The notes below the pieces were generated by a model, which was not told where the DNA came from, did no database searches, and was given only the letters and a program-made list of their open reading frames with translations. Below, one piece after another: positions 28,244 to 57,683 of a DNA stretch of 64,000 nt. This stretch comes from Paraspadella gotoi (taxonomy: Eukaryota > Animalia > Chaetognatha), in NCBI GenBank assembly GCA_051294375.1, contig CM119264.1, positions 10,949,832-11,013,831 on the forward strand. Direction: 5' to 3'. The translations under genes and the position numbers were made by a program. Within the stretch, counting starts at the first letter, position 1. Each line of letters opens with the position of its first letter.

Positions 28244-31200
28244 CTTCCTCTCTCTCTTCTCTCTCTCTCTCTCTCTCTCTCCATCAGCGGCTCTGGCGTC
28301 GCCGCGGATGTTCGGCGTTTATGAATCCAAAGGCGGAAGCAACAACTTCGTTACTCAGCGACCAAAACCCATCACTTACCCGACAAAAGTAAGCTCATTC
28401 GATAATAAAAGGGGAAAAAAAGAGATAAATGAATTCTTTCTTAAAGTTACGGTATTTTTGGGAAGCTGAACGAGAATCCAAGTGAACTTAATTTGACTTC
28501 ATTATCCAACGGCCTACGTTAGGGTCCAATCAAATCGGTGACGAGAGATCCCTGTATCGGAAAAGAGTACGCCCCGGACCCGAAGAACTGCAACGTGTTC
28601 TTCCAGTGTGCGGGGGGGAAAATGATGCGCCTTCCCTGCCCTCCTGGGCTGCACTGGAACCAGCGGGAGAAAATGTGCGACTGGCCCCACAAAGTCAATC
28701 GGCCAGAATGTCCAGCATCGGGTACAAGAGTTTTGACGTTGGGCGGGTTTTTGACTCATTTTTATTTTCGCATTAATCGGGAAGCCATAATTTTTTTTTT
28801 GCAGTTTCAAGATAGTCATTCATATATTCATATATAACAGTCTTCAATATAATATAATTTTTAGTCGGATCTGCTTGTCAGCAGATTCCGACTCTATAAT
28901 CCACTTTGTCGGTCCGTCTGTCCCACCCCAAAATCTTGTTGGTAAATCATTTTTATCATAAGAGAACATCAAATTATGATAAATTAAGCCAAAAAAAACG
29001 ATGTCCGTCCGTCCGTCCGTCTGTCTGTTTGTCTGTCTGTCTGTCCGTCGGTTCGTCACCCGTTAACAAATAACTCTTATTACTCGTGATTGGATGGTTG
29101 GATTGGAATGAAATTTTGTCTGTGGGTAGGGAAGTGTGTGATTGAGCTAGTTATGAAGTTTCGATGGAATCGTGAGCGTGGCAATAAGTTTGAAAATCTT
29201 TTTACTAATTTTAACCATAATTATTCGAATTAATCCTAATTGGCGTGGCGTGGCGTGGCGTGGGCGAATCTTACGTGGGCGGAATACTATGGTGCATTCT
29301 ATGTGGGCGCAATGCTACGTGGGTGCAATCCTTGGGGTGCAATTTTATGGGCCCAATAATACGTGGGCCCAATCTGCGACTACGTTAGGTTGAGATAAAA
29401 TTTTGTGTGTGGGTAGGAAAGTGTGTGATTGAGCAGATGTAAAGTTTTTATGGAATCTAGAAGTAGTTTGCATGGAAAAAACCAAAGTCAAGTTGACTTG
29501 AATTTTTATTATTTATGTTTACTCATAAATGTTTTAATTAATTAGTAAAATAATTAATTAATTAAAGTGAAAAAATGTTGAAATCTAAAAAAAATATTTA
29601 AGTTAAAAAATGATGCAAGTAAAAAAATGATGCCAGTTGAAAAAATGATGCAAGTTGAAAAATGATGCAAGTTGAAAAAATAATTCCAGTTGAAAAAATT
29701 ATGCAAAGTAAAAAAATTATGTGAGTAGAAAAAATAAAGCGAGTTGAAAAAATGATGATTCATTCATTCATAGATTCATTCATTCTCTCTTACTCTCGTA
29801 TTTTGCAGCCTCGTCTCAAACCTGCAACACTTCGCCCAACTCTGCCGGATTCGTTTGTCCCAAACCCTCGGGCTGGTTCGCAGATGTCAAGGGCGATTGC
29901 TCAAGGTAAGGTTAATGAACGGAATACCGCTGTATTTATTCAATACATCGTATAAATGCATGCTTATTGGGTTTTTCGCTTAGTTTCTACATGTGTGACC
30001 ACTGCAAGGCAACCTTGAAGCGATGTCCCAAAGGTTTGGCCTGGAACCAAAAGCTCACTACCTGCGATTGGCCTTCGAACGTTAAAGGATGTAAAGGTAT
30101 GAGTAAAATGAGGCCCGAGTATTAGGTGACCGTGACGGTTGTCTTTTGTCATAAAGTTGTAACGCAGAGGGCGGGAGAAGTAGTAACATGAACTCATTCT
30201 CAACGAATTGACAAAAGATTTCGGTAAATGCAGTCCTGTGCAAAAAAAAAAAAAACGAGCCACTTTAAGTCTTTATTTCAGACTTTAAAAATTACCTTAT
30301 ATATTTGAATTTTTAAACACAATTTTAAAAGTGATTTAAAGTTAATTAAAAGATGATAAGTTTGGCATATATTTTAATAAAATTGGGTCATTTGTTTAGG
30401 AATAATATTTTTTTTAAATAAAGTACTCTACCGCAAAGCTGAATGTAAAAAAAATTGATAGATTAATCTTTTTTTTTCTAATATTTTGCAATACTTGAAA
30501 TAGATTAGTAATAGATTGGAACACTCAAGTTTAAAAAATCATATCTTCTAAACCACTTAACCCATTATAATAAAATTTAAACACATTGATTTCTATTTTT
30601 AAAAAAAATTGTTTTTTTTGTATAATTTTTAAAAATCTTTTTATAAAGCATCTGGAATTTAAAGTTATAAAGTGGCGCGTTTTTTTCGCACAGGACTGTA
30701 CAACTGAAAGGCTTAGAAATATCGTAATATCAATAAGTAATTAAATTACTAGCTTTTTTTATTCACGCATTAAAATAAAGTCTTAATTTTCTAGCTGAAT
30801 CAAATTCCCAACACACGCAAAAGCCTCTTCCTCCCGTGACTCAGGTACATAAAGAAATGGAGCTAATATGATCGGTTTAGTACATGGAATATAAAGCTTT
30901 CAAGATTTCCACTTTACAATCAACGAACCATAATGACTTACTTTTTATTATTACTGAAGAGACAGAATCAATTGTTATGAGTAAGTGAGAGAACCCTTCA
31001 ATATAAGCAGTCCCTGAGCTTCGGATCAGGCTGTAACACCATGTTACAGGCGGGTTAAGCGCCCCGTCCCTCTTTACTGCTAGACGGTAACAGGGCTAAA
31101 ATCTCAGGCCTTTGCTTTGGGTTGGGAGTCGTCCGTTAATGGACGGTCCACCATGTGTAGTAAGGCGAGCCAGAATTCAATGTTTTTCACAATTTAAAAT

Positions 31201-32008
31201 ATACTGCAATAAAAGTCTTGTATCCTTTAACAAATTAATTAATTTATGACATTTATATATTTTACAATACATAAGAAATGCCTTTATTATTTTTAAATTT
31301 GAATTTTTAAAAACCGATTCTGATAGAGATCCAAAAGTTAGATAAAGGTTAGTATTATAAATTTTTACAATTTAATTATAAATAGGTCAAATATTTTTAA
31401 AAAAATTAAAAACTCCTCATCGTATATCATTTATTAAATTTGACCGTTTTTGCTGATTTTCATAGACAAATCATTAAAATTTCAAAAAACCTTCATCTAA
31501 CATTTTATGCTTTATCAGAATATGATTAAAAAAATTAAAATTAAAAAAATAAAATTTTGACGTTTAATTCTTTTGACATTATATAGTATACTTTGTTAGT
31601 TTTGTAACCTGTTCCGCCATAGTATGTAGTCGGGCATTGCTATAAGTTCACCCCGCCTATAAGCATGAGGATGGCCATTAATCGCTTTTGGGGGCGTGAA
31701 AAACCCTCAAGCCTGGTTCCAAGCCGAGGACCGCTCCTTGGCTGCTAGAGGTGGTTAAAGAAAATGCGGATAGCACTCTTCAGCCTTATCCAAACATAAA
31801 ACTATTATATGTATAACATCGTCTTTTATCTCAGCTCATTGAAAATTACGCGCATTTTTAACAATTACAATTTTTTTCTTATTTTAAATCTCAGCGAACG
31901 ATGAAACCAACTCAGGGAAACATCAAAGGAGGATATTCGGGAAGATCTTCAGCAATGTGGGCAAATCTTTGGGCCAATAACAATTATAATTGGCGCAACG
32001 CAGTTTGA
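27775..32008 (+). CDS. Secreted chitin-binding protein with two peritrophin-A (CBM14/ChtBD2) domains, 7 exons
   Basis: Exons 27775-27811, 28288-28388, 28523-28721, 29809-29905, 29984-30096, 30795-30844, 31895-32008 with consistent phases. Signal-like MFATSLFVCHLAAALA; domain 1 CIGKEYAPDPKNCNVFFQCAGGKMMRLPCPPGLHWNQREKMCDWPHKVNRPEC; domain 2 CPKPSGWFADVKGDCSSFYMCDHCKATLKRCPKGLAWNQKLTTCDWPSNVKGC. AATAAA at 32155-32160. Confidence 0.9.
28859..29755 (+). mobile_element. DINE-1/HINE-like (Helentron-associated) non-autonomous element, 3'-truncated copy
   Basis: 5' TTTTAGTCGGATCTGCT...AGCAGATTCCGACT hairpin, (GTCY)n microsatellite ~29003-29047 and A-rich central tandem repeat (aaaaatgatgcaagttg)n. 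Homologous to 60313-61102. Confidence 0.65.
30231..30698. mobile_element. MITE with ~35-bp terminal inverted repeats (Tc1/mariner-like, CAGT ends)
   Basis: Left cagtcctgtgcaaaaa..cgagccacttta; right taaagtggcgcgttttttcgcacaggactg|TA. The left flank is TG rather than TA. The same terminus (ttttgcacaggactgta) recurs at ~24456-24472. Confidence 0.75.
30970..31148 (-). mobile_element. tRNA-derived SINE-like repeat, copy C (degenerate head)
   Basis: ttcaatataagcagtccctgagcttcggatcaggctgtaacaccatgttacaggcgggttaagcgcccc is shared with copies A and B. Confidence 0.75.
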
Positions 32009-34329
32009 AACATGTTAGTGCATCCATGAGCATGACATCTAACTAAGAAGAACAATTTCGGTTGTGAGGGTTCTATTTCATGGACAATATGCGAAAAGAA
32101 AAAGAAGGTTTTTGAAATCCAACCACTTGCTAGCGTGGCAATTGATTGAAAAAGAATAAATTTATTTTTATGAATGGATGTCAGGGCCATTAGCTATTTA
32201 TTGTACATAAATAGATACAGAGCTTAGAGCGATTGTTTAAACCGGTTTCGGTCGTCGCGTATCAGATCCGAAAATCACCGTAAAAAGAGAGAGAAAGATA
32301 AAAGTATACAACTTTTCTTTTTGTTTTTGGGGTTTTTTTTTGTTTTTTTTTGTTTTTTTTTTGCCGCGAGAGGGAAAACGAAAACAAAAGACTGGGACTC
32401 CAAAACGATGGCGTCACCGAGTCAGCGTAAAAACAAAGGATCTTCAACCGACGCGCGTGTTTAAAAAAAAAAGATATTTACACGCAATTTATATTTGTTT
32501 ACTATTATTTTTTTCTACGATAACGTTGACTTAAATGATATATCCTGTTTTATTTTTTTTTAATCTTTCAACATAAAAATCTTTACGTATGTTTTTTTTG
32601 TATTTTAATATTTTTCAGTTTTAACGGTGGCCAGCAGACCGACCGGCTGAAGGAAGTAATTGAGAGATACAAAGAGAAGCGGGCTGAGAAAAGAGGCGAA
32701 GGTGTTTTTAAAGGGAGAAAGAGAGAAGGAGAAAGGGGACTGAGGGAAGTCGAAAGAGAGAAAGAGTGAGAGAGAGAGAGAGAGAAAAGAAAGAGATTTC
32801 GGGAATTTTTTTTGTTTTGTTTTTCTTTTTACATATAAAATAGGATTTTTTTGGTGGGTCCATTGGATTCCGGCTTCGTTGGACGTTCTTTCGAGGTTGA
32901 GCTCGATCGAGGTCGCTTCGTTTAAAAAAAAAAGTTATGACTATGGGAAAAAAATTATTGACCGAATAAACTGGAATAAAATAGACGTATTTTTTTTATG
33001 AATATCACCGCGACAGAACTGAACCTCTTGTTAAGAATCACAATCCAACGATGACGTCCAACAAACCGCAACATAAGTGGATTTTTATACAATGTATATC
33101 AAATAATTATTTGTTTTTATAAAGCCATGCAGTTTCGCTATCTCTTTTTTTGTTTAAAATCTTTGATACCAAATTTAAGATCAAAGTGAAGATCGAAAAA
33201 TTCATCAGTTTAAAAACAAATTCATTTCGTCAAAGGATGCAATAGATTAAAAAATGAAAGTAAATGTGTGTGCGATGCATACTGTTATTTTCGTTTTACT
33301 TAATTTTTTATGTAAATATAATTTAGACCATTCCTCTGAACGTTGGATAAAAACCACGCGTCAATTTTAGCATGCTGAGTAGTGAAAGAATTTTAAAAAT
33401 TCGAATGAAAATTTGTTTTGGGGTCTGTCAGTGTAAATCTCCGTAGAAAAAGATAATATTACAAGGCCGAAACGTTACTTAGTTCATGCCTACAAATATG
33501 CTTTATTTAAATTCATCCAACTAGTATGATTTCGATTCCAACTAATCATTTCACCCAGAAAGAGAAATGAAACATGAATATTTCGTTCTTTCAAGAATTA
33601 ACTATTAAAATTAGCGATTTTCAATCATATTCAAAGGATGAAAAATCTAATGACATTTCTTCTCTGTAATAAATTTCAGAATAAATTTGCTATTAAAAAC
33701 TCGTATGAAGTTTCCTTAAAGCAGTGGCATATGAAAAAACTTAGTTTCACTAACGAATTATGGATGAAAAGGCAAGGTAGTGCTTGATATCGTCGTTTGA
33801 GTATACTATCGTCTTTTCATATAGCTTCGATATCACATTTGTAAAATTAAGATGTATTATTGCGCTAATTGTAATGCCTGCATCAATAAAAATATACTTG
33901 CATTTGATACATTTTATACAAAAACATTGTTCTGATAAAAACCTTTAAAGTACAAAGCTTAATTTTCGGAAGCAGACGCTACATCCATCGCATGATAGTG
34001 ACAACGGCTATTGTAGAAAATAATACATTAGCTAAATAAATATTTCGAAATGATTAAAATTGCCGTTATTTGCCGAAGCAAGTTCTGATTTTCTCAGCTA
34101 ACAAGCGATAATGTCACTTAAACAACATAAGTATAATAAAAGCAAAAAAGCAAGCTTTGTCAAAAGAAGGAAACTGGATAATATTTTAACCAGTAATTTA
34201 GTAATTTATTTATGCCATTGAAAAAAGGAAACTTTAAAAACAAATTTAAGCCGCTCTTCTTTTTAACAACTTAAAAGCTAGATGTGTGAGAGAGAGGAAG
34301 AGAACAAGAGAGAAAAAGAGAGTGAAAAA

Positions 34330-34381
<52 letters not shown>

Positions 34382-35212
34382 AATAGAGATAGAGAGAGAG
34401 AGAAAGGGAGGAGAGTCTGAGGGAGAGAGAGAGAAAATCTGGAATGATGAGTCGAAATATGATCGAAAATTTGGCGCATCAATGAAAAAGGGTAGGCAAC
34501 GATCGTGGGGCGGAGAAAGGGGAATAGGGCGGTAGGCGAGGTAAAGACCCGTCCGGGCTCATGTAAAGTGATGTAATGCATAATTATTTCGGTATTATTA
34601 CTGTGCAAAATATCATTGAACACAGGAGAATAATTTTTCAAACTTTTGTTTTTGAGCATGACTGCTCCAGTGCCCAAATGGTAATGTAAGAAATTGTATC
34701 GGTGAGATGAAAAATTTGTAATAATAATTATTATTATAAAATCATAAAATAATAATTATAGAATATTGATAAGATTCATAGAACCAGTCATGATGACCGC
34801 GGGCGACGTGATGCTACTTAAGTGGCTACTTTGGACAAAACACAACATCAGCGAAAAACAGTAGTCAGGGCAGCTTAGAATGCTGCCACACTAGAAAGGA
34901 ACGAAGCCAATCACATGTTCTTTGAGGATCAACAGCTCGAATTTTTTTTTTTTTTTATATTTAATACTTTTTTTAAAATCGGGGATTGTTTTCGGACAAA
35001 AATAATATTTTTTTCGTATAAAATCGGGTGAGAGATGGTTTGGGGGGAAACCGTCAACACAGTTTAAAGCCCTTTTCCTCTTAGAATTGACGACCCCTGA
35101 GAGAAAAAGAGAGGGAGGGAGATAGAGCGAAGGAGAGAGAGTTCACGCCACACTCCAATCGATTTCGTGTTTCAGTATCAAAAAAAATAATAAGTTCGTT
35201 AAGATTTGAAAA

Positions 35213-50872
<15,660 letters not shown>

Positions 50873-51504
50873 CTCTCTCTCTCTCTCTCTCTTTTCTTCT
50901 TTTTCCGAAATTGAAAAAAAAACAAACAAAAAAACACGAATTAACAGGGGGAAAAAATCAAGCGGCGACGAGGACGAAAAAATCACGAAGAATTTTAAAA
51001 GCGATCGAGACACGAGGCTACGACGGTCACGGGGACGTTTGACGCGACGCTCAGGCGGAAAATTTCATCTTCGAGATCCTCTGGTCTTCAAAACGCGCGG
51101 GCAGAGTGACCGTCGCTGCGTCACGCGTCACGGGAAAGCTGGGATTTGGATTCGCCCGCGATTTTCCTTATATGGATTAACGGAAGACGCGCGCGCGCGC
51201 AAACACTGAACGACAGTTCGTGTGTAATGACAGAACTGCGTCGATCGGCTGAACTTTGAAGAAAGAGTAAAAGCCACAAGGGGTGGCCTGATTGGTGGGA
51301 TTAACCGAGTATCCGCCGAGGAAAAAAGAGAAGAGCGAGAGAAGAGAGGGAGAGAAGAATCGCCAGAGAGAGATGAGAGAGAGAGAGAGAGAGAGAGAGA
51401 AGAGAGAAGGAAGAGATGAGAAAAGAGAAGAAAGTCCAACAGAACGAAGGGTTGAGAATACTCCAAACCAAGTTCTGATTCAAAAGAGAGAGAGAGAGAA
51501 GACG

Positions 51505-51539
<35 letters not shown>

Positions 51540-52317
51540 CAGAGAGAGAGAGAGAGAGAGAGAGAGAAGGAGAGACGAGAGAATGAGAGAGAGGAGAGAA
51601 GAGAGAGAGATATTCTGAGTGGACGGCCGCTCAAAAAAAAAGAGGCATGCGAAAAGGTGGAGTATAAATATAAGAAACAGTTATTCAAACCAAAAAAAGA
51701 CAAAGTATGAGAGAGAGAAAATGAAGAGGCAACGAACAGGACGGCGCCCTCCCCGCAGCCGCTACCACGGAAGCAGACGAAATGAGAAAGAAAGAACGAT
51801 AGAACGAAAGAGAGAGGAGAGAGCACGAAATCGCTGTCAGGTTTTAAAATAATCTTCTGATTTAAGTCGGTTAAGGTTAAGAATGATAATTTACGGAAAA
51901 CTATATGAAAGTAGAATATTGGGAAGGGAGAATCCGTGTGTGTGAGAGAGAGATAGAGAGAGAGAGAGAGTGGTTACAAAAGGATGAAGTGACAGAGACA
52001 TTGGTCCACGTAATTTCCTCCAGCTCAAACCAATTTTTAAAAGAGTCGATATTCTCTCATTCAGCCGAACACCTCTTCCAATCCACAGACAAAAAAAAGT
52101 CTCATCGGATTCCGCAATTTTTCGACTCTCAAACGTCCGGTTTTGATCAGGTCTTCCTCCGCTCGATTCCGCCGGTTGGCGCCATTGTTTTAATTCCACT
52201 CGCTGATCTCCACACGAGTTGGAAAATTTAAATTTTTTCGTTAAACTCGAGATAAATGAAAAATAAAAGCGGGAATTTTCAATCACTTTTTTGCGTTGAG
52301 AGTTGGGACACATTTAT

Positions 52318-52600
52318 TCTCTCTCCTTCCATCCTTTCTCCCTTATTCCATCCTTTTTTCCCCTCCCTCCCTTTTCCTTCCATCCTTTCTCCCTTATTCC
52401 ATCCTTTTTTCCCTTCCCTTCCTTTTCCTTCCATCCTTTCTCCCTTATTCCATCCTTTTTTCCCTTCCCTCCATTTTCCTTCCATCCTTTCTCCCTTATT
52501 CCATCCTTTTTTTCCTTCCCTCCCTTTTCCCTTCCTTCCCTTTTCCTTCCATCCTTTCTCCCTTATTCCATCCTTTTTTCTCTTCCCTCCTTTTTCCTTC
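52318..52600. repeat. Pyrimidine-only-like minisatellite, ~51-bp unit x ~5
   Basis: Repeating tccatcctttctcccttattccatccttttttccc(t)tccctcc(c/t)ttttcct; appears as 17-aa repeats in the ORF track. Confidence 0.9.
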
Positions 52601-53049
52601 CATCTTTCTCTCCCAATGTCCCACCGATGCTTCTCCAGAAAAAAACTTTTTTTTTTCAATCCGACTTTTTTTTCGTGGTCTCTCTTTAGCAAAGCTTCCC
52701 CTCACGTTGGAAAGGGATTGGCTTTCTGAAACCGAGTGCATAAGTACTAAGTAAATAAATACTAGATATATACAATATACATTTAATCAATGAATCATGT
52801 CTAGCCTCATCATTCGATCAGTTGGTTCTTTTAGTCATATATCTAACCGGGCCTTAGCAAAAAAGCTCTTGCAGCTTTTGTTTGTTTGCTTGTTTTTTTT
52901 TAAAGAGTTTTTAAAGAGTAATATCTAGGGTTTAAAGACATTGAATAATAGTTAACCAATGATATTTCGTCATTTTAACTAACGTCATTTTAACTAACCT
53001 CCTTTAGGCTCCCTTTTCCCATCCCACCGCCCGACATCCCGTCTCTTAC

Positions 53050-53391
53050 CCAGCCTACTTCAGGCATGAGGAAATATGTGTCGAGGGGACAAGGGTCTGT
53101 GAGAACGGAAGCTTGGTCGGTGGACGAACCCACTGACTCTGGAACGAGGGTGATTTTTCGAGCTTCTGGTGGCGGAATCGGGGGGTAGTTTGCATCTCGT
53201 CTTCCAGTCGCGTAGACTTTGTTCATTCTTCGGGTTGATAGGAAGATATGAGAAGAGGGAAGGAGTTTGGAGTGAGAAAAAAAATTGCATTCTTTTTTCC
53301 ACCCCTCTACCCTTTGTACTCTCTTCATCTTGCCTTACCTATTGAAGAAGGTGAGGAAGAGTTCCATGCAGGGGGAACAGAGCCACTGCAT
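53050..53391 (-). CDS. Candidate alternative two-exon CACNB N-terminus (MQWLCSPCMELFLTFFNR|MNKVYATG...FLMPEVGW)
   Basis: 53391-53339 ends AG|gtaagg (phase 2). 53227-53050 starts ccgaag|A and ends TGG|gtaaga (phase 0), compatible with exon 49436. ATG 53391 is the first Met after an in-frame stop. Confidence 0.5.
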
Positions 53392-55096
53392 GGGTGCCGC
53401 GAGGTCGGGACCCGAGCCAGGAGGCCCGGGTCGAGCCCGAAGACGAGCATGAAACGAGGGGGGTCCAAAACTCGATCAGCTCTAAGCCCGGGGTTCGAGC
53501 CCGAGTCAGACCATGGAAAACCGTTTTTCGAAGTCAATTCTGCGCCTTGTCGTTGACCCCGAGGAGAAAAAAAGGAAAAAAGGTTGGGTCGCGCGCGAAA
53601 CGGTTCGCGAATAAACTACGAGGAACAGCGAGAGGGACTGGGCTGGTTCGAGCGGCTCTGGGCTCCAGTCGATTTCAATCCGAAGGTATTCCAACAATTA
53701 TCAATTAAGCAAGAAATAGTCGTATTTAACCATCATTTTCGTAGTTGCTATTTTTATTGTCACAATCCAGAGGGACTGAGGAACGTTTATATTTACTCTA
53801 TACCACGGAGAATCTTTTCGGACACGAGCGAGAGGGAGAAAGATAGGGAAAGCGTCGTTCAGTACGACTTCCTGACGTTTACCAGTTTAGAGAGGGAGTC
53901 GAAACTTTCGAGGATCGGTTGTGGTCAACCAGGGTCGCTTGCGGTAGGAAAGAACGCAGTCAAAAAAAAGAAGATATAGTGCTAATAGCGCCGATTAAAT
54001 TTTATTTAATAATGTTGAAAAAGATATTTGAGGATTACAGGGTGTTATATGTTTTACGATTACAGGTTTGTTTTTTTTAAATGATTTAAATGAATGAGAT
54101 TATTTGAATTTATTGCTTGTACACGTAAATGATTGTCAATTAATTTTGTTTATTAATTCGGTTGTAGATTGAGAGAGAGAGAGACAAGCATCGCAGAATT
54201 ACAAAGACTAGTCTTTTTTTTTCGAGCAAAGGAAGTCGCAAAATAGAATTTTCACTTAAAAAGTCCAAAGCAGTCGATTTGTTTTTCGCTTTTGTTTTTC
54301 TTTTTTGTCTTTTTTTGTTTTCTTTTGTTTGTTTGTTTGTTTTTCGAAAGTCTTCGGGTTGAGGTTTGTTGCGATTTTTCTTTGTTTGTTTGTGCAACGA
54401 TGAACGAGGTGCATGCATTAAAGTCGTAGTATAGTCAGATGTTGACAGTTTTTGGTTTCGGGTTTTTTTTTTTTTAGTTTTTTCTTTTTTTTTTGTGTTT
54501 GTTCTAACTATTTTTACCACTACTACAGGGTTTTCTGTCGAGCTGCGATGTTAGACTGGTTATCAAATTATCTGAAACCCAAAAATTTATTGTTTAAAAA
54601 AAATCTCTCAATTTTCTAGAAAAGACAAAAAAAAAACATAACAAAAAGTCTCTTTACTAAGGCACTTGGAAAACATTAACTCTCATTCGCCGCTTACAAA
54701 AGAGCATCGGAAAATGGCGAGGTCGAAGGGAATTAACGACTTTCCTCACCCCCGCATCGAGATCAGCATCCCTTAGACTATAGAAATATTACCTAATTGA
54801 ATATATTATTATCTGTAACTTTTGGACGAAGATACTAACGAGAAATAAAGATTATCTAATGACTCTGCCAACCCATCGATCATTTTTGCCACGCCCACGA
54901 GGGAACGCCACGTCGCCTACCCGAAACTATTGTAGGATGAAAAAGGCGAGGGAAAGAATGGAGAAGGAAAGGAGGAGGAAGAGGAAGAGGAAGAGGAGGA
55001 AGAAAAAGAACGAAGAACATTATTGCGATGATTTTTTTTTTGTGGATGGGCCCTCTTTGTTGCTAATGTGGTTGCTTATGTCTTTTAGTTGTGGAA

Positions 55097-55180
<84 letters not shown>

Positions 55181-55682
55181 TTCAGTGATGACGTTTTGAC
55201 TAAGAAGGCGACGTTTCGACGCTAACAGTTAATGTTTCATTTCTCGATCCCTCCTGCTTCCGTTGGATGGAACCGAAATTTCGAGACGCTTCCGCCAATC
55301 GGCACAGCCATCCAAAAAGGCCTTCGAGTTTCAGGGAAAGAAATCTTACGACTGCGTCATCTTGCGGCGAAGGCAGCCGACTATAACGGCGGCAAACCAA
55401 TTAATTAAAAATTTTAAGACGACTGGAGATGTTTCGAAAAGGTTAACCGATGCGAAGAGGAAAAAGAGAGAGACGTCGCAGTGAACGTGATTCTGCCACG
55501 TTCTGCGGGAAAAGGAGAAAAGAGACGGGGAAAGAAAGTTAAAGATGGCGGAAGGTGAGAAAGTTTGAGCGTAAGACGAGTTAACTGCGGTTGAGAGGTG
55601 GAGGGATATGCGAAGAAGGCCGGGTGAATCACGAAACCGTGAAAAACAAAACATAAACCGGAAAAAAGAGACGCAAAAAAAG

Positions 55683-55715
<33 letters not shown>

Positions 55716-55797
55716 NNNNNNNNNNNNNNNNNNNNNNNNNNNNNNNNNNNNNNNNNNNNNNNNNNNNNNNNNNNNNNNNNNNNNNNNNNNNNNNNNN
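55716..55797. other. Assembly gap (N run) inside a (GA)n tract
   Basis: Run of N. Confidence 0.99.
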
Positions 55798-55832
<35 letters not shown>

Positions 55833-57644
55833 AAAATGGCGTCGTTGCGGCTGTTTTCCTGCCTCGTGACGTCAGAAGAACGAGTTGGAAAGAAGAGGAA
55901 AGGAGGAAAAAAAAAGGGAAACTGGAAGAAAATAGAAGGAAGGAATGGAAGCAATAGCAATAGATATTAGCGAATTAGAAAAAAGTAAGAAAAGAGGAAA
56001 AAAAATAGAAATACAAGAAGTACAACAACAAAAATTAAGGGAAAAAAACCGTTGACTCTCAGAGGTCATTGCTTTCGTCACGTGACAGGTCGGGAAGGTC
56101 TTTTCACAAAGACCTTTGTCCATCCGCGTTGGAATATTTTGTACGGAGAAATTCGTATTTCGTTCAATTTTTTTTTATTCATTGAGATTTTAATCCTAAA
56201 TTTTTTTAAAAATATATATATTTAATAGGTTTATAGCCCTCAGTAAATTTTATATTGGATAAAAAATAATATTTTTTAAAAAAAACTTGTTTAATGATCC
56301 TGATAATTTTACATAAACAGTTTAATTGGGGAACCAAAGTATTTTTTCCTTAATAAATAAATAAATAAAGAAATAGGTTACATGGGGGGGGTGACGACGA
56401 CGAAGACGACGGCGCAATAACCCTTCTCGTTTCCTTGGCAACGGCAGAGAAACTCGGGATGAAAAACGGCGGATCCGTTGCTTGGAAACGGGACGGTCCT
56501 CCTCCGGGGAGAAAGAGAAGAGAGAGAAAATGAGGGAAATTTAGAAAGGACCGGAGCAAGGGGGGAGAATTTAAAATAAATTAGTGAAAATTAAAAATTA
56601 GAAAGAAACATATGATGAACTAAGGAACGCTGGGAAATAAAAAAGAGTTCAAACTGGGAATGAAAGAGGAAAAATGAAAAAAAGTGGTTGAAAAGAAATG
56701 AGCAGAAAGGGAGGAAGGCGGAAGTTGGAAAAAAAAAAATAATCACCAAAAATATAAGGAGGCGGGATGTGAGCGAGAGGAACGAGCAGAAAAGAGCAAA
56801 GGATCGGGGATTATGAGAGTCAAAGCAGAAAATAGGAACGAGGCTGGGGACAAATTGAGAGGAGGGTAAGAAGAAAAGAGCAATGGTATTGAAGCCGAAG
56901 AGAGGCGGGTAAGCAGAAAAGGGAAATGAGATTGAAGAAAATAAGAGATTTCGGGTAAGCAGAACAGAGATTGAAGAAAAAAGGGAGGCGGGCAAGCAAA
57001 AGAGAGCAATTGAAGAAACAAGAACGGTAATTCAAATGTGTTGCGCCGCAGTGACTGCCTTATCACATATATTTTTCGTGACTGACATGATGTGACATGA
57101 CATGACATGGCTACATGATTACAATAACTTTCTTAGCCCATATATTTATGAGACACACACTGCATAGGAGTTATGTCTTTTGTTCTTTATAGTTTTAGAC
57201 TTTTAGGAATTCCTGAAGGCGGCAATAGCAGTCCCTTAAATTTGAGGTTTTTTCTTGTCTGAACAAATGAGCATTATATACCAATTTTAATGTAGTGGTA
57301 GCAAGACCTTGGCCAAACATACCGACGGACCGAAAGACGAGTCGCACCTTAAAAAGTGACTTATAGAGTACTCGCGGCGCAACTAAAAAGAGGCTGGTGA
57401 GGGGAAAAAAAGCAAATCGGGAAGGATAATGCGGTAAAGAAGAAAACATAGATGAGGAGGGGGAAGTGAGGGTGAAGGTTGGGGGAAATAAGAGGAATGG
57501 AGGCAGAAGAAGAAAAGGAAAGAGAATCGTCCGAGTGTCGTGAGTGAATTAGATTGGGCGGAGAATGAGAAATGGCCCTGTTACAATTAGGAAGAGCCCG
57601 TTGCGGGTGACAGAGACTGGCGGGACGGAAGAAAAGAGAGAGAG

Positions 57645-57683
<39 letters not shown>

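Noticed and set aside
52318-52600. CRISPR-like or coding repeat array
   Set aside because: Head-to-tail minisatellite without unique spacers, in eukaryotic DNA with no cas genes.
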